Assembly: GCF_009834535.1 (NCBI RefSeq)
Contig: NC_045697.1
Coordinates: 61,940,001 to 62,004,000 of the forward strand
Reading direction: 5' to 3'
Length of the DNA stretch: 64,000 nt
Origin: Camelus ferus
Taxonomy: Eukaryota
Of this stretch, positions 37,901 to 50,960 are shown one piece after another. The position numbers and the translations under genes were made by a program. The notes under the pieces are model-generated. The model did no database searches and was not told where the DNA came from. It worked only from the letters and a program-made list of their open reading frames with translations. Position 1 is the first letter of the stretch. Every line of letters begins with the position of its first letter.

Positions 37901-40489
37901 TGCTTCAGTAAGGAAACTGTGCCCTTATAAGTACTGACACTAAACTTCTCCTGCTTAGCACTCCAGAGAAAGAGAAGTAAGAAATTAAAGGTTCAAATTT
38001 GGGAGGGCAATAAAATGCTTATGACAATAGTATTCCTTGCTAAATACTCTAATTTTGATATCATTTTAGAAGAAATCCTTCTATATTCAGAGGACTTCTA
38101 ATGTACTGAGCTAATGATATCCACTTCTTACTGAATAGCAATATCTACTTATGCTCTTTTTATGGCTATAAAAAGGAAGGTTTTTAAAACATAACATGAA
38201 AAGATTCAAAAGGGTAATAGTTGAATTTGGAATAGAAATACAAACAAATTGCTAAAACTGTGAACAGACAAGCTATGTACAAAGAATTCTTTCAATGTAA
38301 ATCTTTCCAAGAAAGAAAATGCAACAAAACTAGAAAGTAAAAAAGTGTTTCATTCTGATACAATTATCCCTAAAGTTCTATGAAGTGCATTGAAATGGGT
38401 GCCCTGCCCAATTCTCGTGGGGCAATTGGAGAAAAAAGAGTGATGTGTGACACTCACAGAGGTGCAGTGGGAGGTGTCAACCTCTCCTGTCTTCCATCTG
38501 GCTTCTGAGTTAATAAGAATTTACTGAGACCCAGGAGGTCTTTGTCCTCAACTTACCAACTGCAGGTAATACAAGGACCCATGTATCCCAGTGCTACACT
38601 GAATGTTGCTTTCAAAATGACATCTCAATTCACCCAGTCCTCCATCATTCTATAAGCATGCATGCTGTCTGATGAAATCACAGACCTAGAGGATTTACCA
38701 CCACAATAATGGTGGAGAATAAAATTAAGTTCTGTAATTTACTGAAGTTTACAATTGTAATTTGAAGATACATCTGGTAACCTACAGACTAGTCCGAGTA
38801 ATAATCACACTCTTTAAGCCTCTTTTTCTCACTCTCAGTAGAAAACATCAGCTTCTACTTTAGAGAGAATAATGTCAATGTCATTCAGCTAAAATTATTT
38901 TCTACTCGCAATCTTCCACACACACTTTACATGCAACCATGACAAATGTACCTACATCCATATCCAGCCATTCCTCTTACTCTCATTTTTGGTGGAAACA
39001 CTTCCTTTCCTCTGAGCAGAGGAAATGATGGTCATCAAAACCAGTTTTTCTGAGAGAAATGCTAAATATGTATGATTATCAAGCAACCATTTTGATACGG
39101 TTCTACACTAAATGTATACGACTCAGATGCTGTTTTTGCCTTTCCTGCATGGTAACCATGAAAGGCACATGAATATTCCCAGTGTCAGAACCTCTATTAT
39201 TGTAAATATTATACAGAATAGGTAATCTATAGAAGTCTGTGAATGAGAGGATGGCAAGTTCTCTACTAGAGGAAAAGCTGGGCTAGCTTCTCTGTTTTGG
39301 AGGATTCATTCCCAAAAATTAGGAGAAGGTGGATCTTTAGAGGGCATTGGGCAGGAAATTCTATATACTTTTATAGGACTAAAGTAGATTTAAATGAATA
39401 TCAAAAGAATTTTTGTAGAGAAAACTGAGTAACTAGAAGCAAAAAATTAGTATGAAAAGAGAAATTCAGCCTTGCCTTTTCATTGGCTATAGAGAAGCGA
39501 GAAGGGCATGTTTTAGACTAGATGTTTGAAACACTTTAGAATATTTAGCACCATCAGGTGGAGTCACTTGGTTCCCCTCTAGCTGTCTCCCTGAGTCATA
39601 CCCTCCAAATTCTCCCAAATGAAGTTGACTGTCCCACCTCAGGCAGCAATTGCTCTGACTACCAAATCCTTTTGCAGCACTGAAGACATGTTTGCTTTTA
39701 AAATCCATCCCTGATATAAATACCAAAGGCCATCAAACTCCACGAAATACAAGAATGAAGCCCTCCATCTCCCAGAAAATGGATGTGACCACAAATGACG
39801 TACCTAACTTTAGGGACCTGGGGTAGGAGTGACCCTCAGCAGTTATTCTGCCCCATCCCAGAACAGACTTCAAGGCAGAGATGCTTCTCATCCTCTCTAT
39901 TTGGCAGCGTATGAGACTTGCCCATCTTTAGACTAGTAATTACCAGGCCTAAGTTGGTGCAGCTAACAGCATTTTTCTAGCATTTGTCACTTTAAGAAAA
40001 GGGACCTTTATAAAAACTGTTCATTCTTACACAATCTGCTACAAGATCCACTAATTTCCTCTTTTCATTCATCTTCCAGAAATCCTACACCCAAGACAAA
40101 TGGCATTTAGTGTAGTATGCTTTCAATGATAACCACAGTGAACAAGACTATTTTAAGAATTCTACTCATCAATTCTTAATAAATATTATGATACTAGCAC
40201 TGAGGCATTCGAGTGACTTTCCCAAGCAGATCTCAAGCTCTTTAGCAACACAAATGCATTAGATCTCTTAATTCCCTTGCAAAACAAGCTCAGAAGCCAG
40301 AGCTAAAACATGATTTTATAATGCAACGTCAGGTCACCAGGAAATGGCCCATCTTTTAAAAGAAAAAAAGTAGTGGGGACAAGATTATGGTAACAGTAAA
40401 ATGATCAGAGTACTAGCACTGTCACATCCATTTCCAAGTCCAGTTTACCAGGAAATGTTGGGTAACAGTGAAAGATTCACTGGCCTGTC

Positions 40490-40880
40490 ATTCAGTTATT
40501 TAAGAACTATTTATTAGGTGGCTACATGGTTCCAGGCACCGGGTTAAACCCTTGGGATATATATATATATTTTAAAAGCCCTTTCCTTGTCAAGTGTGCA
40601 TTAATTACAGCAGCAATAGCTATTTAAAATATAGTAATAAAATACTGTGTAATAAGTAAAATAATGGAAGTATGCCTGGAAAGTACAGATAGCATGTGTG
40701 TGATAGTGCGTAACTCTGTGTAACGGAATGAAAAGATTTTCCAGAAAAGACTGCCCTAAGATGCAATATCCAACACAGAAGGTTGAGTAGGAGTTTGACA
40801 ATGTAGTGAGTATTCTCTTTCTAAAGAAAAGGGATCCTTGCTGATAGCAATGAATGTGTTGCAACAAATTTTCGTGGCTT
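40490..40880 (-). mobile_element. L2 3' fragment
   Basis: cattcagttatttaagaactatttattaggtggctacatggttccaggcac. Confidence 0.65.
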
Positions 40881-41319
40881 CCCTGAAGACAGACTGAAAG
40901 ATCAATGTGTGAGTTAGAAGATAATGGCCCTTCCGCCTCCAACTGCTATTTCAAGTGTAGTCTTGTGAGGGCCTTACCAGTAAATCACAGAAAAGTGCCT
41001 CTTTCTATAAAGATATGAATGTGTTTATAGTCTGTTTCTTCTACTCTCACAGCTGCTTACAAAACAAAGATGGAATCAGAACAGGAGAAACGGCCAGCTC
41101 TCTCATTTTACAAATGAGGAAATTACATCTGTAGGAAATTAAGTGTTTTTCCTCAAACTTGCAGATTGTTAAAGTCCAAAACCCAGAGAAGCCAATCATA
41201 TTGAACTCTTATTCTACTGAGAACCTCAAAGTCCACAGATCACTCCATTTAACAGTTACATACTCAAAAGTGAATCATAAATGAGCTTACCCTACATAGA
41301 CTATGAGCTGCTTAACAGC

Positions 41320-41680
41320 GGTGTCTCAAGGTAGAATAAGTTTTCCTGTAGAAACAAGTAAACCTGAAAATAATGATGGCTTAAGCCAACACAAGTTTAT
41401 TTTTCACTCACAGAACATCTAGTGTACATGATGGGGACTTTCATCTCACTTCCATTAACTGAGAAATTGAGACTACATCTTCTGATGCCATCATCTCAAT
41501 ATGACTTCCAAAGTTGCCGTATCAGGGTAAGAGAGAGATGGTGGTGGCACATCAACTCTTTAACTGTCCCTGCCCAGTTATATGTTCACAGTCTGTTGGT
41601 CAGAAGCAGTCACATGGTCCCAACCCAACTGCAACAGAAGCTGGAAAGTACAGGGAATTATGAATATTTGATGAATCTCC
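41320..41680 (-). mobile_element. MLT1-type MaLR LTR
   Basis: ggcttaagccaacacaagtttatttttcactcaca...ttggtcagaagcagtcacatggtcccaaccc. Confidence 0.65.
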
Positions 41681-42599
41681 AGAACTAGCTGGAGTATGGT
41701 ACAGAATGTGTGCTTAACAAGGGTATATTGAACAAATAAGCAAATGAAGAACCCACTGTGGTCAAGCTGCTTTTTTAGCACTATCCGGGGATATGAAGAT
41801 AGGCTAGGACTAATTCCTGTGTTCAATAATTCCTGGAGCTGAGAACCTAATTGTGAAATTAAACACAAATACACACTCTAACCAAATAAAATTAACCATC
41901 CACAGCAATGGGGACTAAATAACAAGAAAGTGATCTTCAACACAGAAGGAAAAAGAAGTCAAGATTAGAGTGGTTTGGAAATCCAGTCCTCTATTTATTT
42001 ATATCTTGAACTGAAAACATTCCTCTCATAAGATCCAAAAGCCATTTGCCTCGGGATATTATTTTAACTTGAAGGACAAGAAAAATTATGAAGTAATAAA
42101 ATATAGTTGCAGAAGTTTTGGAATCCAGTTGCAAAGATGAAGACAGTTTTGTTTGGGAATTATTTCTCACATTATTTTTTCTCTAGAGAAACATCATATA
42201 TTTCCAGAGCTGAGAATTTTCTATTTCACATTCATACACAATAGACTTATACCAGGGCAACTGAATTGACCATCACTAATATAGATTCAGATTTTCTTAA
42301 CTGTTGTAGCAACAGGAAGGTGACTGCCATTGAACAACAGAGAGCATTCTTCATAGAAATTCCATGGAATTTTGATTACTATAAGAATCATTTGAAAAGT
42401 GTTCATCATTTTCTGGCAAAATGCTAGCCTTTAATTTTAAAAGGTACTATTGACCTTTAGCTACAGGAAATTAAGAACCAGCCATAATATTTTACAGCAA
42501 CATTTTAGCCTGATCTCAAGTTCAAAATTTTGCAGATACCAAATATGTAAACTGACACAGCATTTCTGAAAAAACTCAGCCATATGAATGAGCAGTTTT

Positions 42600-43530
42600 T
42601 AAAACATTCCTATATTATGACAACTAATTTCCTTTAAAAAAATCAATCCTGAAGTAATGATGATAAAGAGTTCAACATAAGGATACTCATGCAGCATTAT
42701 TGGTCATTGGGGAAAACTTCAGACAACCTAAATGTCTAATTCTGAAGAAATGATTAAGCAAATTAAGTTACTTTCATATATGGAGATATTATGCAACCAT
42801 TAAAACGGATGATTATAAATCTCGCAGTATCTATCAAAAATTTAAATGATTCATCCTTTTAGTCAGTATTTTCACTCCAAGGTCTCAATCCTACAAAAAA
42901 TCTTTTACAAATATGCAAAAAAAAAAAAGTTTGCACATTCAAAGGTGTTTCCTACAGCATTTTTATAATAACAAACTTTGGAAAACCTGGATTAGAGATT
43001 ATCTAAATAAAGGTAAATCTAAAAATGATAATAGATGAATTTCAAAATTTACTAACAGTAAAGGAAAATAAGTTGTAAAACAGTAAGTATATCAAAAATC
43101 TCATTTTGAGAAAAAAAGATTAATTATTTATAGATCAATAACTTAGGTTTGGTTGGGGAAGCAGCATTCTGTTTAATTTTATCACAACCATGTATTGTTT
43201 TAATTTAAATTTAAATTTTTTTCATTTTAAAACCCAACAATAATATAGAGAGACAAAGAGAAAAGGTTACAGATAACTTTTAGTTATATGAAAGAAATGC
43301 TATAATGAAATGTTAAATTGGAAACTTTGGCAATACAATATTGTGTGTATAGTATTATGTAAACTATGTAAAACTATCATAGCCAGAATAGATGTTAGAA
43401 TATTAATAGTGTCTTCCCCTTGGTAGTAGGACTATTGGTAGGAAGGTTGATGGAAGCATAATTTTGCTTCCTATGTTTTTATGTACATTTTGCATTTACT
43501 ACAAAATGTGTTAATTGTGTAATCAGGGAA
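42600..43530 (+). mobile_element. Highly decayed L1 (L1ME-like) 3' fragments
   Basis: acaacctaaatgtctaa, atattatgcaaccattaaaa. Confidence 0.55.
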
Positions 43531-43835
43531 TTGGAAAGAGCTAAAAAACAAAAACTAATATTTAAACAAGAAAAAACATCAAGATCAGCATAAATCTGAA
43601 AGGATCAAAGAGGCAGCACTATTTTTCCTATAGATGCTCCTTAAAAGCCCTTCCTTCCATTAAGTTATCTATCTTTTAACTCTATGTTTTCATATAAATG
43701 AATAAGACTACTTTGTCCTTGAAATCAGCAGATGCAACTAGAATGATGTACAACCAAATTTTCCTAGCCCATTATGGTTTTAAAACATAGCCACAAATTT
43801 TTGATACTTCCCTATTTAACATGTGAATCTATGCT

Positions 43836-45720
43836 GGAGTTCCAATCAAGATGGCAGAGTGGTAGAACCAGGAGCTTGCCTCTCCTCGAGACTACTATGA
43901 AACCACAACTAAATGCTAAACAACCAATGAAAAAAGACTGGAACCTAGCAAAAAAGATCTTCTGCAACTGGAAACATAAAGAGGGAACTACAGCAGGACG
44001 GCAGAAGGGGTGTGCTCGTGATGTAACTGGGCCCCATATCCCCCATGTGGGTGGCCCACAAGCTGAAGATTTGTCAAGTCACACAAAGGCCCTCCCACAG
44101 GAGCGAGAGCTCTAAGTCCCATGTCAGTCTCCACAGCTTGGGTCCCGGCATTGGGAAGAGAAGGAGACCCCAGGACACCTGGTTCTGAAGGCCAGCGGGG
44201 CTTGGTTCTGGGAGCCCCACGGGACTGGGGGAAATGGAGACTCCACTTGCTTGAGAAGCGTACATAGAAACTCACATGCACTAGGTCCAAGGGCAGAGGC
44301 AGTGATTTCATAGAAACCTGGGCCAGATCTGCCTGCTGGATTTGTAGGGTCTCCTGAGGATGTGGGAGATGGCTGTAGCTCACTCAGGGGTCATAAAAGC
44401 TGATGGCAGACATTCCGGGAGTGTTTGGCTACATGAGCTTTCCTGGAGGCTGACTTCTTGATTGGATCATTAGCACCAAGACCTAGCCCCACCCAACAGC
44501 CTGTAGAGAAGCCTCTGGCCAAACAACATACAGGGTGGGAACACAGCCACACCCATCATCAGACTTCCTAAGCCACAAAGGCCTCTAGACATAGCCCTAC
44601 ACACCCGAGGTCCAGAACCAAGCTTCACCCAGCAGTGGGCAGGCACTGGCTCCTCCTGCCAGGAAACCTGCATAAGCCTCTTGTCCAGCCTCATCCACCA
44701 GGGGCAGATACTAGAAATAAGAAAACAACAATCCCAAAGCCTGTGGAAGGAATCCACAAACACACAGAAAGATAGATAATATGAGGTGGCAAAGGAGTAT
44801 CTCCCAGGCCAAAGCACAAGATAAAAATCCCAGAAGAAGTAAGTGATAAGGAGATAGGTAGTTTATCTGAGAGTTTAAAGTAATGATGGCCAAGATGTTC
44901 AGAGAACTCAAGAGGAGTATAGATGCACAGAGTGAAGTTTTTAGCAAAGAGTTGGAAAATATAAAGAATACCCAAACAGAATTGAAGAAAAAAATCACTG
45001 AAATGAATAACACACTAAAAGGAACCAAGGATAGACTAAATGAGGCAGAAGAATGGATCAGTGAGCTAGAAGACAGATTAATTGAAATCACTACTTCAGG
45101 ACAGAAAAAAGAAAAGAGAATAAAAAGGAATGAGGATCGTTTAAGAGAACTCTGGGACAACATGAAGCACTCTAATATTCACATTATAGGGGTCCCAGAA
45201 AGAGAAGAAAGGACCTTAGAAAATTTTTGGAGAGATAATCACCGAAAACTTCCCCAACATGGGAAAGGAAATAGTCACCCAAGTCCTGGAAGCACAGAAG
45301 AGTACCACACAGGATCAACCCAAAGAGGAACACACCAAGGCACATAGTCATAAAATTGACAACAATTAAGGATATGGAGAAAATATTACAATTAGCAAGA
45401 GAAAAGCACAAATACAAGGGAACTCTCAAAAGGTTATCAGCTGATTTTTCAGCAGAAACTCTACAGGCCAGAAGGGAGTGGCATGATATATTTAAAGTGA
45501 TGAAAGGGGAAAACTTACAACCAAGAATACTTTATCCAGCAAGACTCTCGTTCACATTTGATGGAGAAATCAAAAGCTTCACAGATAAACAGAAGTTAAA
45601 AGATTTCAGCACCACCAAACCAGCTTTACAACAAATGTTAAAGGACCTTCTCTCATCATCAAATCATAAGAAAAGAGAACAAAAAGAAGAAAGAGAGAAA
45701 AAAAAAAAAGACCTACAAAA
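43836..45720 (+). mobile_element. L1 5'UTR plus frameshifted ORF1 (start ~44781, end ~45660)
   Basis: 5' end caagatggcagagt; ORF1p peptides LRELWDNMKHSNIHIIGVPE and RLSADFSAETLQARREWHDIFKVMKGENLQPRILYPARLSF. Confidence 0.95.
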
Positions 45721-46255
45721 GGTTGCTTTGGCTGTTTAGGGTCTTTTGTGGTTCCTTATAAATTTTGGAATTGTTCTAGTTCTGTGAGGACTGTCCTGAG
45801 TATTTTGATGGGGTTTGCATTGGATCTGTGGATTGCTCTGGGTAGTGTGGCCATTTTGATAGTGTTGATTCTTCCAATCCAAGATCACAAGAAATCTTTC
45901 CATTTCTTTGCATCATTTTGGTTTTCAGAGTATAGGTAACCTCCTAGGTTAAGTTTATTTCTAGGTGTTTTGTTGTTTTTGATGTAATGGAAATGTCTCT
46001 GCCAGTTATAAAATTCTGGTTTTTGAAGTGAAAAAAAGTGAGCAAAGGGCTGCAAATGGCAAAATATCCTTTTTTATGGGTGAGTTGTATTCCATTACAT
46101 ATATATATGTATATGTATATGTGTGTATATGTATATATGCTGCATCTCCATTATTTATTCAACTATTAGATGTGCACCTAGGATGCTTCTGTATGTTGGC
46201 AATTATAAATAATGTTGCTGTTAATAGCAGGGTGTATGTATCTTTTTGAGTTAAT
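45721..46255 (-). mobile_element. Inverted L1 ORF2 and 3' fragments (45721-~45995 and ~46049-46255)
   Basis: Antisense L1 motifs tttgcattggatctgtggattgctctgggtagtgtggccattttgat and ctgcaaatggcaaaatatccttttttatggg. Confidence 0.85.
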
Positions 46256-46439
46256 CCTTATTTTGTAGTTGGCTTTATTCCTTTGATAACTATGTAAGTT
46301 TAAAAAGCTAAAGCTGTATAATGATTATAAATCAATAAAAAATGTTTTAAAAAAAAGCTAAAGCTCTAAATGTACTTAGAAACAATGAACAGTACATATA
46401 TGTAAATTTAAAAATACATATGCAGTAAAAAAAAAAAAG

Positions 46440-46950
46440 ATCTATGAAGCCATGAAAGACACAGAAGAAACTTAAAAAGACATTTTACTAAATGAAAGAA
46501 GCCAGTCTGAAAAGGCTACAAACTGTACGATTCCAACCAACTGACATTCTGGAAAAGGCACAACTACAGACACAATAAAAATATCTTGGTTTCCAGGGGT
46601 TTGGGAAGAGGGAGGGTGGGAGGAATGAATAGATGGAGCACAACGAATTTTTAGGGCAATGAAATTATTCTGTATGATACTATAGCGGTGGCTACATGTC
46701 ATTATGCGTTTGTCAAAACCCATAGAATGTACTACACCTAGAGTAAACCCTAATATAAATTATGGACTTTGGTTGATAATAATGTGTCCCTGTTGGTTCA
46801 TCAATTGTACCAAATATGCCACACTGATGAGGGATGTTGAGGGTAGGGGAATATATATGTGTGGGTGGGGAGGGCTACGTGGGAACTCTGCATTTTCTGC
46901 TCAATTCTGCTGTAAATCTTAAACTGATCAAAAAAAATAAACTCTATCAA
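46440..46950 (+). mobile_element. L1MC-like 3'UTR
   Basis: gaaagaagccagtctgaaaaggctaca...tttgtcaaaacccatagaatgtac...ctgctcaattctgctgtaaatcttaaaactg followed by A-rich end. Confidence 0.85.
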
Positions 46951-47507
46951 AAAATGTGAATCTATACCCCCACCCCTTGAATAGGAACAGGTTTGTGACT
47001 ACTTTAATGAATAGAGCTTGTGGAAGTGATCCTATGTACTTCTGAGGCTGTCATAAAAGGTCACGGAGTGCTTTCTTTCTTCTCTGGAACAATTACTCTT
47101 GGAGCCTTAAGCTGCCAAGTAAGAAGTCTGACTACCCTGAGGCCACCATGCTGTGAAGATGTCCAAACCACATGGAAAGGACATAGGTAAACAGACCGTC
47201 AACCATCCCAGGTGGGCCAAGCCTTCCATTTATCACAGTCCATCTCATTTATCCAGTGCCAGACATGTAAGTGAGGAAGCCTCCAGATGATTCAATTCCA
47301 CCAGACATTTAAGTCTTTTCAATTGAGATCCCAGACCTTGTGGAGCCAAGACAAGATATCCAGTCTGTGCTCTGTCCAAATTCCTGAACCACAGAAGCCA
47401 TGTACAAGTAAAATAGTATTGTTTTATTTGATTGTTATGCAGCAATAGATAAGTAAAATATACCTTCTCCTGGTACACAGACATATACATGATCTTTTAA
47501 TAAACAG

Positions 47508-48295
47508 TGTACAGATTCAGTGAAATCCCTATCAAAAAACTAATCGGCATTTTTCACAGAACTAGAACAAATAATTCTAAAATTTGCATAGAACACAAAA
47601 GACTCAGCATAGCCAAAACAATCTTAAGATTAAAGAATAAAACTAGAGGTATCATGCTCCCTGATTTCAAAATTATACAACAAAGCTACAGTAATCAAGA
47701 GAGTATGGTACTGGCACAAAAGCAGGCATATAGATCAATGGAACAGAATGGAAAGCCCAAATGAACCCACACTTAGATGGGCAAGTAATCTACAACAAAA
47801 AAACCAAGAATATACAGTGGAGAAAAGACAGCCTCTTCAATAAATGCTGCTGGGGAAACTGGACAGCTACATGCACAAGAATCAAACTGGACTACTTTCT
47901 CACACCACATACAAAAATAAACTCAAAATGGATTAAAGGGTTATATGTAAGACCTGAAGCCTAAAACTTCTGGAAGCAAACATAAGCAGTATGCTCTTTG
48001 ACATTGGTCTTAGCGATATTTTTGGGGATATGTCTCCTCAGGCAAGGGCAATAAAAGTAAAAATTAACACTGCTGTATGTTAGATATGAAAGTTAGTCGT
48101 TAAGAGAGTTCTCATCACAAGAAAAAAAATTTTTTTTCTATTTCTTTAATGTATCTATATAAGATAACGGATGTTCACTAAACTTACTGTGATAATCTTT
48201 CATGAGGTGTGTAAGTTAAATCATTATGCTGTACACCTTAAATTTATACAGTGCTGTATGTGAATTATATTTCAATAAAACTGGAAGAAAGAAAA
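47508..48295 (+). mobile_element. L1 ORF2 fragment fused directly to the distal 3'UTR (internal deletion near 48065)
   Basis: ORF2 peptide [21 protein letters not shown], followed by a 3'UTR like that at 55410-55650. Confidence 0.88.
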
Positions 48296-48509
48296 CAGGC
48301 AGTAAGATTTTTCTTAATATATAAAGAAATTTTCCAAGAGTTCTGCACTTGCTTCTAGTATAGCTGAAATTATATAGTTCTCTATTCATTGTTTGAATGA
48401 GTCACTAAATGATTGGACCATTTTAACACTTGTTTCTAAATTAGGCATTTTGATGATGATAAAAATATTACTCTTCCTCTTTCAGCTATTTGAATATAAT
48501 TCCCACTTA

Positions 48510-48750
48510 ATAATAAAAGCCAGCATATATACGAGATTTTGAAGAGTTTTTCATCTATTATTAACTTTAAGCCTCCCAATATTTTGTTCACTAGGTACCG
48601 TTAGCATCTTCTCATTTTAAAGTAATTAAGTTGAGCAAGGGAAGTTGAGTAATTTACCTAAGGTCACACACTGGTAAATGGCAAAGCCAGGATTCAACCC
48701 AGGCAATTTTCAGCCAGAACCTCTGCTTTAAACCACTGCACTAAATTCCT
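48510..48750 (-). mobile_element. MIR
   Basis: taatttacctaaggtcacacactggtaaatggcaaagccaggattcaacccagg. Confidence 0.8.
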
Positions 48751-50509
48751 TCTCCTCCTTTCTTTCTGCTTGACATACAGAAAGGTTAAGCTGCCAGGAA
48801 ATACACATCTCAGAACTAGTTATGGACACAGGCCAGTAATCTCGCAGCTCTGCCTCATGAAGACTAGATCATGTTGCTATTTTACTACTATTTTTTGTAG
48901 AAAAGACCCCAAAACCCAGAGGTATAGAGTTATATAAATTAAAGAAGAACAAAGAAAATAATAGAAGCAAAAGATAGAGATGGAGCCCTTGTGCATGGAC
49001 CCACATGCGTGACCAAGAATTTACAGAATGAGGGATTCTACTGGTAAGTCAGTTTCGAAGTATTTATGTAAATAAACTTTAAAAAATAAGAAGTAAGGAA
49101 AGAAGAAGAGAGAGAGGAAAGGAGGGGATAAGGAATGAAGAAAGGAAGGATGGATGGACGGTAACAACTTTAGTAATAATGAATAGTTGAAGAGATTCAA
49201 GGCCACTGTGTGAAGGAGGAAGAAAAAAATGAGAAAATAAATAGCTGAAAATAGGGAACCAATTACAAATCCAGTTTGGGGACTTAAAAAAGACTTCAAA
49301 GGGAGATACAAATAAGAGATATCTGCCACTGAATAAATTCAGATCATAAACAAATTTCCATTCAGTTAATTTCAGTGGGGAGAAATGCTCTACAGTGATG
49401 GGCAGAAAAACAAACCTGTGTGTGCATCTGGAAATTCTAAAGGACTAAGTTGAAAAGCTAGTTATTTAATCATCTGTGACCCAATTACACCTAAAGTTAT
49501 TTCCGATTCTCTGTGCAGTGAAGGAACTAGCATGGCAAATAAGATGGAAGGGAGTAAAATGTGTTAACATTTAAGAAAATGTAATTTCAACATGAATAAT
49601 ATTGATTTATTTAGGAAGGAGGAAGTTAATCTTTTAAAGGAACATGAAAAGTAAGTCAAATGAATCTTAGAAAAAGATTAAGAGGCAAAATGCAGAATTT
49701 TATAGAACAATATATAAAGTCTTAAGGAAGCTATATTTTTTTAATGCAATAGTCATCATACATTAATGCCCATTTTTAAAAAATTGTTCATATGTATGAG
49801 AAAATACCACTTTTAAACATTCTCTAGTAATAACAAAGGGAACAGACTTCTGGAAATCTCCTTCTTTTGGAAGTGTTATTGAATTAAAATGAAATACTCC
49901 GTAATACAAGCAGAAATAACCCCAAATACTCAACCATTCACTAAATATTTATTGAGTACTCATTATATACCAGAAACACTACTAAGGCAATGGGGAGCTA
50001 ATAAAAAACTGACTTAAATCCTCCTCAAACATTTCTCAAAAAAATATAATAAGAAAGAAAAATCTCTAATGTACCAATTCTTGATGTAATGTATAAAAAT
50101 TTGGGTCAGTTTTCCAATGACCCCTCATATCTAATACTAAATGTTTTTCTGCCATAGAAGATACATTCATTCATGGTCCACAATCAATACCACTTTATCC
50201 ATGTGAATTTCCAAAAGTTGTGGAGAATGTCAATTCAATAGGATAAAAGGCTACTGGTCTCAGAGAAAAATATCTTGTAAACAGAGCCCTAGAAAGAGAA
50301 CATAGGTCAGCTGCCCACTGCAGGACTATGCTAGTAACTAGCTGCATGGCATGTAATCTTTAGATCCTCAATAAAATAACGTTTAGAAAACTTCAGTTTC
50401 ATTATACAGGTGAAGAAGGCCCAGGAATGTTTAATGATTTAACTGGGGTTAATACCCTGAGCCTGTGCATTTTCTTGCAATTTTATGCTGCCTCTATTTT
50501 TCTTATCTA

Positions 50510-50960
50510 CTGTCAGCATTTTTTATGAGTAGGAACTTCTTCAACTGTAACAAAAATGCAACTCAACCTTGAGTAAAAAGAGATTTGTTGTCTAAAGTAA
50601 ACTAAAAAGTCCAGGGGCAGCAGGGATTCAGGCATGGTTGAATCTAGGAACTTGATTTATATTGTTTACTTGGTTATTACTCTCTTTATGTTTTGATTTT
50701 GCTTATCTCTGTGGCTCCATTCTCAGGCAAGTTCTCCCTTCAAAGTCACACATTAGACCTCCAATTGTTCTATCAAAATTCCTGGGACTTTATCTTATTG
50801 GATCAATTTGGGTCATGTGGCAATTCTCAATACCTAGAAAGCAGAGTCAGCCCAACTCAAACCACATAGAATGGAGGTGGAGGAAGGATGGTTCTACCCA
50901 AGAAAGTTCAGGATGCTAATATCAGAAGACTGGAAAGTGGATGCTGGGCAGGCAAAAAAA
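50510..50960 (-). mobile_element. MLT1-type MaLR LTR
   Basis: ttcaggcatggttgaatctaggaact...ctccattctcaggcaag...ggatgctgggcaggcaaaa. Confidence 0.65.

Larger units (their letters stand above)
43770..47460 (+). mobile_element. MLT1-type LTR split by a 3.1-kb L1 composite (LTR halves ~43770-43832 and 46951-47460)
   Basis: The halves join across the TSD aacatgtgaatctat / aaaatgtgaatctat; MLT1 end ttgttatgcagcaatagataag. Confidence 0.75.

Noticed and set aside
44883..45739. ORFs of 154 and 127 aa with clear protein similarity
   Set aside because: They are frameshifted L1 ORF1p pieces, not a host gene.
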